DNA of 64,000 bases. Origin: Fidelibacterota bacterium (GTDB lineage: Bacteria; Fidelibacterota; UBA2242). Shown one piece after another: positions 60,602 to 64,000 of this stretch (its first letter is position 1; each line of letters opens with the position of its first letter). The stretch covers positions 1 to 64,000 of the forward strand of contig JBNGDF010000002.1 of the NCBI GenBank assembly GCA_049975265.1, in the 5' to 3' direction. The notes beneath the pieces were generated by a model. It was not told the DNA's origin and searched no databases. It saw only the letters and a program-made list of their open reading frames with translations. A program made the translations under genes and the position numbers.

Positions 60602-61237
60602 ATGACCACGATGATTATCGAATCGGTCGTGACCGGACCGTTTCAGGAAAACACCTGGATTCTGGGTAATTCGGTCACCAATCACGCCATTATTATCGAT
60701 CCCGGCGATAACGCCTCAACCATTGTCAATAAACTGGCGGAATTTGATCTGACTCCCATTTTCATTATCAATACCCATGCTCATCCCGACCACATCGGCG
60801 CCGCAGCCGAATTGCAGCGCCGGTTTGACCTGCCTTTTGCGCTCCATTCCGATGACCTGGTCACATACAATTCCGCAATTTCCACCGCCCGGTTATTAGG
60901 ACTGATGAATCTGGAACTGCCTCAAATTACCTCCTATCTGCATGACGGTCAGATCCTGGAAATCAACAATCACCATCTGCAGGTACTTCATACACCGGGA
61001 CACACTCCGGGAAGCGTCAGCTTCCTGACCGGCAAACACCTCTTCTCCGGTGACACGCTCTTTAAGAATTCTGTCGGGCGAACCGATCTCCCGAACGGCT
61101 CAATTACCGCATTAAAACGGAGTTTAGCGCACCTGAAACGGCTTCCCACGGACCTTCAAATACATCCCGGACACGGTGAACCGACAACCCTTGCAGACGA
61201 AATCATAAACAATCCCTTTTTTAGTGATCTCCCCTGA
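60602..61237 (+). CDS. MBL-fold metallo-hydrolase (glyoxalase II-like)
   Basis: IDPG, THAHPDHIG, HTPGHTPGS, SGDTLF..SVGRTDL, PGHG. Confidence 0.9.
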   Translation: MTTMIIESVVTGPFQENTWILGNSVTNHAIIIDPGDNASTIVNKLAEFDLTPIFIINTHAHPDHIGAAAELQRRFDLPFALHSDDLVTYNSAISTARLLGLMNLELPQITSYLHDGQILEINNHHLQVLHTPGHTPGSVSFLTGKHLFSGDTLFKNSVGRTDLPNGSITALKRSLAHLKRLPTDLQIHPGHGEPTTLADEIINNPFFSDLP

Positions 61238-61238
61238 T

Positions 61239-62633
61239 ATGTCGTCGTTATATGAACATTTCACCGAATTTGTATCCCGTCACAATCTTCTGAAAGTGTC
61301 CCACGTGGTCATCGCCGGTGTATCCGGCGGTGTCGACTCCATGGTCATGCTGCACTGTCTGTTGCATTATCGGGAAGAGAACGCAATCCGTTTGATTGTC
61401 GCCCATCTGAATCACCAGATCCGCGGCGGCGAGAGTGACCGGGACGAACGGCTTGTCAGAGATTATTGCCAAACGAAAAATTGTGATGTCATCTGCAAAT
61501 CGGTAAACGTTCAGAATCTGGCTCGCAACAGGGGACTGTCTCTCGAAGCCGCCGGTCGGGCGGCGCGCTATCATTTTTTCCGGAAAATCAGTCTTCAATA
61601 CCCCGGCTCCGTCATCGCCACCGCCCATACCGCCGACGACCAGGTGGAGACAATCCTGCTGCGGCTTTTGAAAGGTACCGGACTGAATGGACTCCATGGA
61701 ATCCGCCTTAAAAGGGGCAATATCGTTCGCCCGTTTCTTTTTGCTTTCAAATCGGAATTGTATGAGTACGCCAGATCCAACAATGTGCCTTTCAATGAGG
61801 ATCATACCAACCGGGATACAGCCATTCCCCGCAATTATATCCGGCATTCACTGCTACCGGCGATAAGATCCGAAATTAATCCCGCCGCCGACAATGCGAT
61901 TTTGCATTTTCATGAAATTATCTCCGACCTGACCCGGATGACCCGTCAAATCGCCTGGCACGCTTTCCAAAACTGCCGGATCCGCCAGTCACCGACTGAA
62001 ATTGCTCTTGATATTTCCCGACTGAAAAGGTATTTTAACACGGTAATATTTGAAGTAATATTGGAAAGCCTGAGGATTCTACAACCGAAAAAACCGCCTG
62101 CGATTGACTATAATATCATGAATAATCTGCTGACACTGCTGAATTCAGGACGCACCGGAGGTCATCAAAAAATCACCGCCCAAATTCACGCAATCCGTAA
62201 CCGGAACGAGCTGATCATCGGCATGAGCAAGGCACCCGACTGGCACAGCATTGCCGTCACGCCGGGGAGACTTCACAAAAATGACTACTTCTGCTTTAAA
62301 ACCGAAATTGTACCTGTTGACGAATTCAAACCCGCTCAAAAAGACCCGAATGTTGAGTTTGCAGACCTGCAGAGGCTGTCTGGTGCGCCCCTCCGTTTGC
62401 GACCATGGCGAAAAGGAGACCGCATCGTTCCCCTGGGCACCACCTTTTCCAAAAAGGTCAGTGACATTTTCATCGATCAGAAAATTCCGCTGCCGAAAAA
62501 AAAGCGAATTCCCCTTCTGACCTGTGGTGATTCAATCGTCTGGATATGCGGAATGAAATTATCCGACGAGTACAAAGTCCTACCCTCCACCACCCGACTT
62601 TTAAAAATGACCTATGAGGAACTAATGTCATGA
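61239..62633 (+). CDS. tilS: tRNA(Ile)-lysidine synthetase
   Basis: VSGGVDS, HLNHQIR, EAAGR.ARY, TAHTADDQVET, RN.IRH, C-terminal TilS domain. Confidence 0.95.
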   Translation: MSSLYEHFTEFVSRHNLLKVSHVVIAGVSGGVDSMVMLHCLLHYREENAIRLIVAHLNHQIRGGESDRDERLVRDYCQTKNCDVICKSVNVQNLARNRGLSLEAAGRAARYHFFRKISLQYPGSVIATAHTADDQVETILLRLLKGTGLNGLHGIRLKRGNIVRPFLFAFKSELYEYARSNNVPFNEDHTNRDTAIPRNYIRHSLLPAIRSEINPAADNAILHFHEIISDLTRMTRQIAWHAFQNCRIRQSPTEIALDISRLKRYFNTVIFEVILESLRILQPKKPPAIDYNIMNNLLTLLNSGRTGGHQKITAQIHAIRNRNELIIGMSKAPDWHSIAVTPGRLHKNDYFCFKTEIVPVDEFKPAQKDPNVEFADLQRLSGAPLRLRPWRKGDRIVPLGTTFSKKVSDIFIDQKIPLPKKKRIPLLTCGDSIVWICGMKLSDEYKVLPSTTRLLKMTYEELMS

Positions 62634-63199
62634 TAAAAAAAATCCAACTGGATGAACACTTCGGAAAATTCAGCGGGCAGATGCTGTGTGAACTGATCAG
62701 TCACGATATGATCTTGACTCGTGTAAAAGAGCTGGCTGCCCAGATTTCCACCGACTACCACAGTAGAATACCGATCATGATCGGCGTCCTGAACGGCAGT
62801 TTCATCTTTCTCGCGGATCTGATTCGCGAAATGAAGACTCAAGCCGAGGTGGACTTCATTAAGATTTCCAGCTATGCCAACGAAACCCGCACCAGCGGAA
62901 CCGTTCGCCTGCTGAAAGATATAAGTTGTGACATCACCGGGCGCGATGTGATTGTCATTGAAGATATTGTGGACTCCGGTTTGTCTATCAACTTTCTGCG
63001 GCAACGGCTGCAGGGCAGCCAGGCGAAGTCCGTTAAATTCGCTACCCTGCTGATGAAAGAAGACACCCGTCTGGATTTTGAAATCGACTATGTGGGCTTT
63101 ACCATTGCCAACAAATTCGTGGTAGGTTACGGATTGGATTTGGCGCAGAAATTACGTAACCTGAAATCAATCTATTATTTAAACCAAGAAGGTCACTAA
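62630..63199 (+). CDS. hpt: Hypoxanthine phosphoribosyltransferase
   Basis: VLNGSFIFLADL, VIEDIVDSG, FVVGYGLD. Confidence 0.95.
   Translation: MIKKIQLDEHFGKFSGQMLCELISHDMILTRVKELAAQISTDYHSRIPIMIGVLNGSFIFLADLIREMKTQAEVDFIKISSYANETRTSGTVRLLKDISCDITGRDVIVIEDIVDSGLSINFLRQRLQGSQAKSVKFATLLMKEDTRLDFEIDYVGFTIANKFVVGYGLDLAQKLRNLKSIYYLNQEGH

Positions 63200-64000
<801 letters not shown>

Overview
Gene-dense chromosomal window (about 45 CDS, standard code) from a diderm, probably anaerobic FCB-superphylum bacterium. The lineage (Marinimicrobia/KSB1/Calditrichota-like) is inferred from 'QNYPNPFNP' C-terminal sorting domains, many beta-barrel proteins and a methanogen-type homocysteine pathway. Housekeeping content: rnr, trkA, ltaE, an AmgK-RapZ/MurU-like pair, aspartokinase, ggt, rnhB fused to YraN, add, dapB-dapA-dapD, tilS-hpt-ftsH (ftsH partial). 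Also present: a cobalamin riboswitch ahead of a BtuB-like receptor and a BtuG-like propeller, a split LKR/SDH saccharopine pathway directly behind the DAP genes, and a 1885-aa modular secreted protein convergent with a ROK regulator. I saw no rRNA, tRNA, CRISPR array, transposase or integrase. The least explained signals are: (1) an unassigned ~200-nt structured leader with mutually exclusive hairpins at the dapB RBS; (2) a 28-codon ORF made of a signal peptide plus a BAM beta-signal-like heptapeptide; (3) a BtuG-like B12 binder with a sorting domain instead of a lipid anchor; (4) an aspartokinase-DUF39-UPF0280 operon without its usual ferredoxin; (5) an archaeal GAPDH-like protein heading the tilS-hpt-ftsH operon; (6) a sorting domain nested inside another domain of a dipeptidase. 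All calls come from reading motifs by eye; no database search was run.
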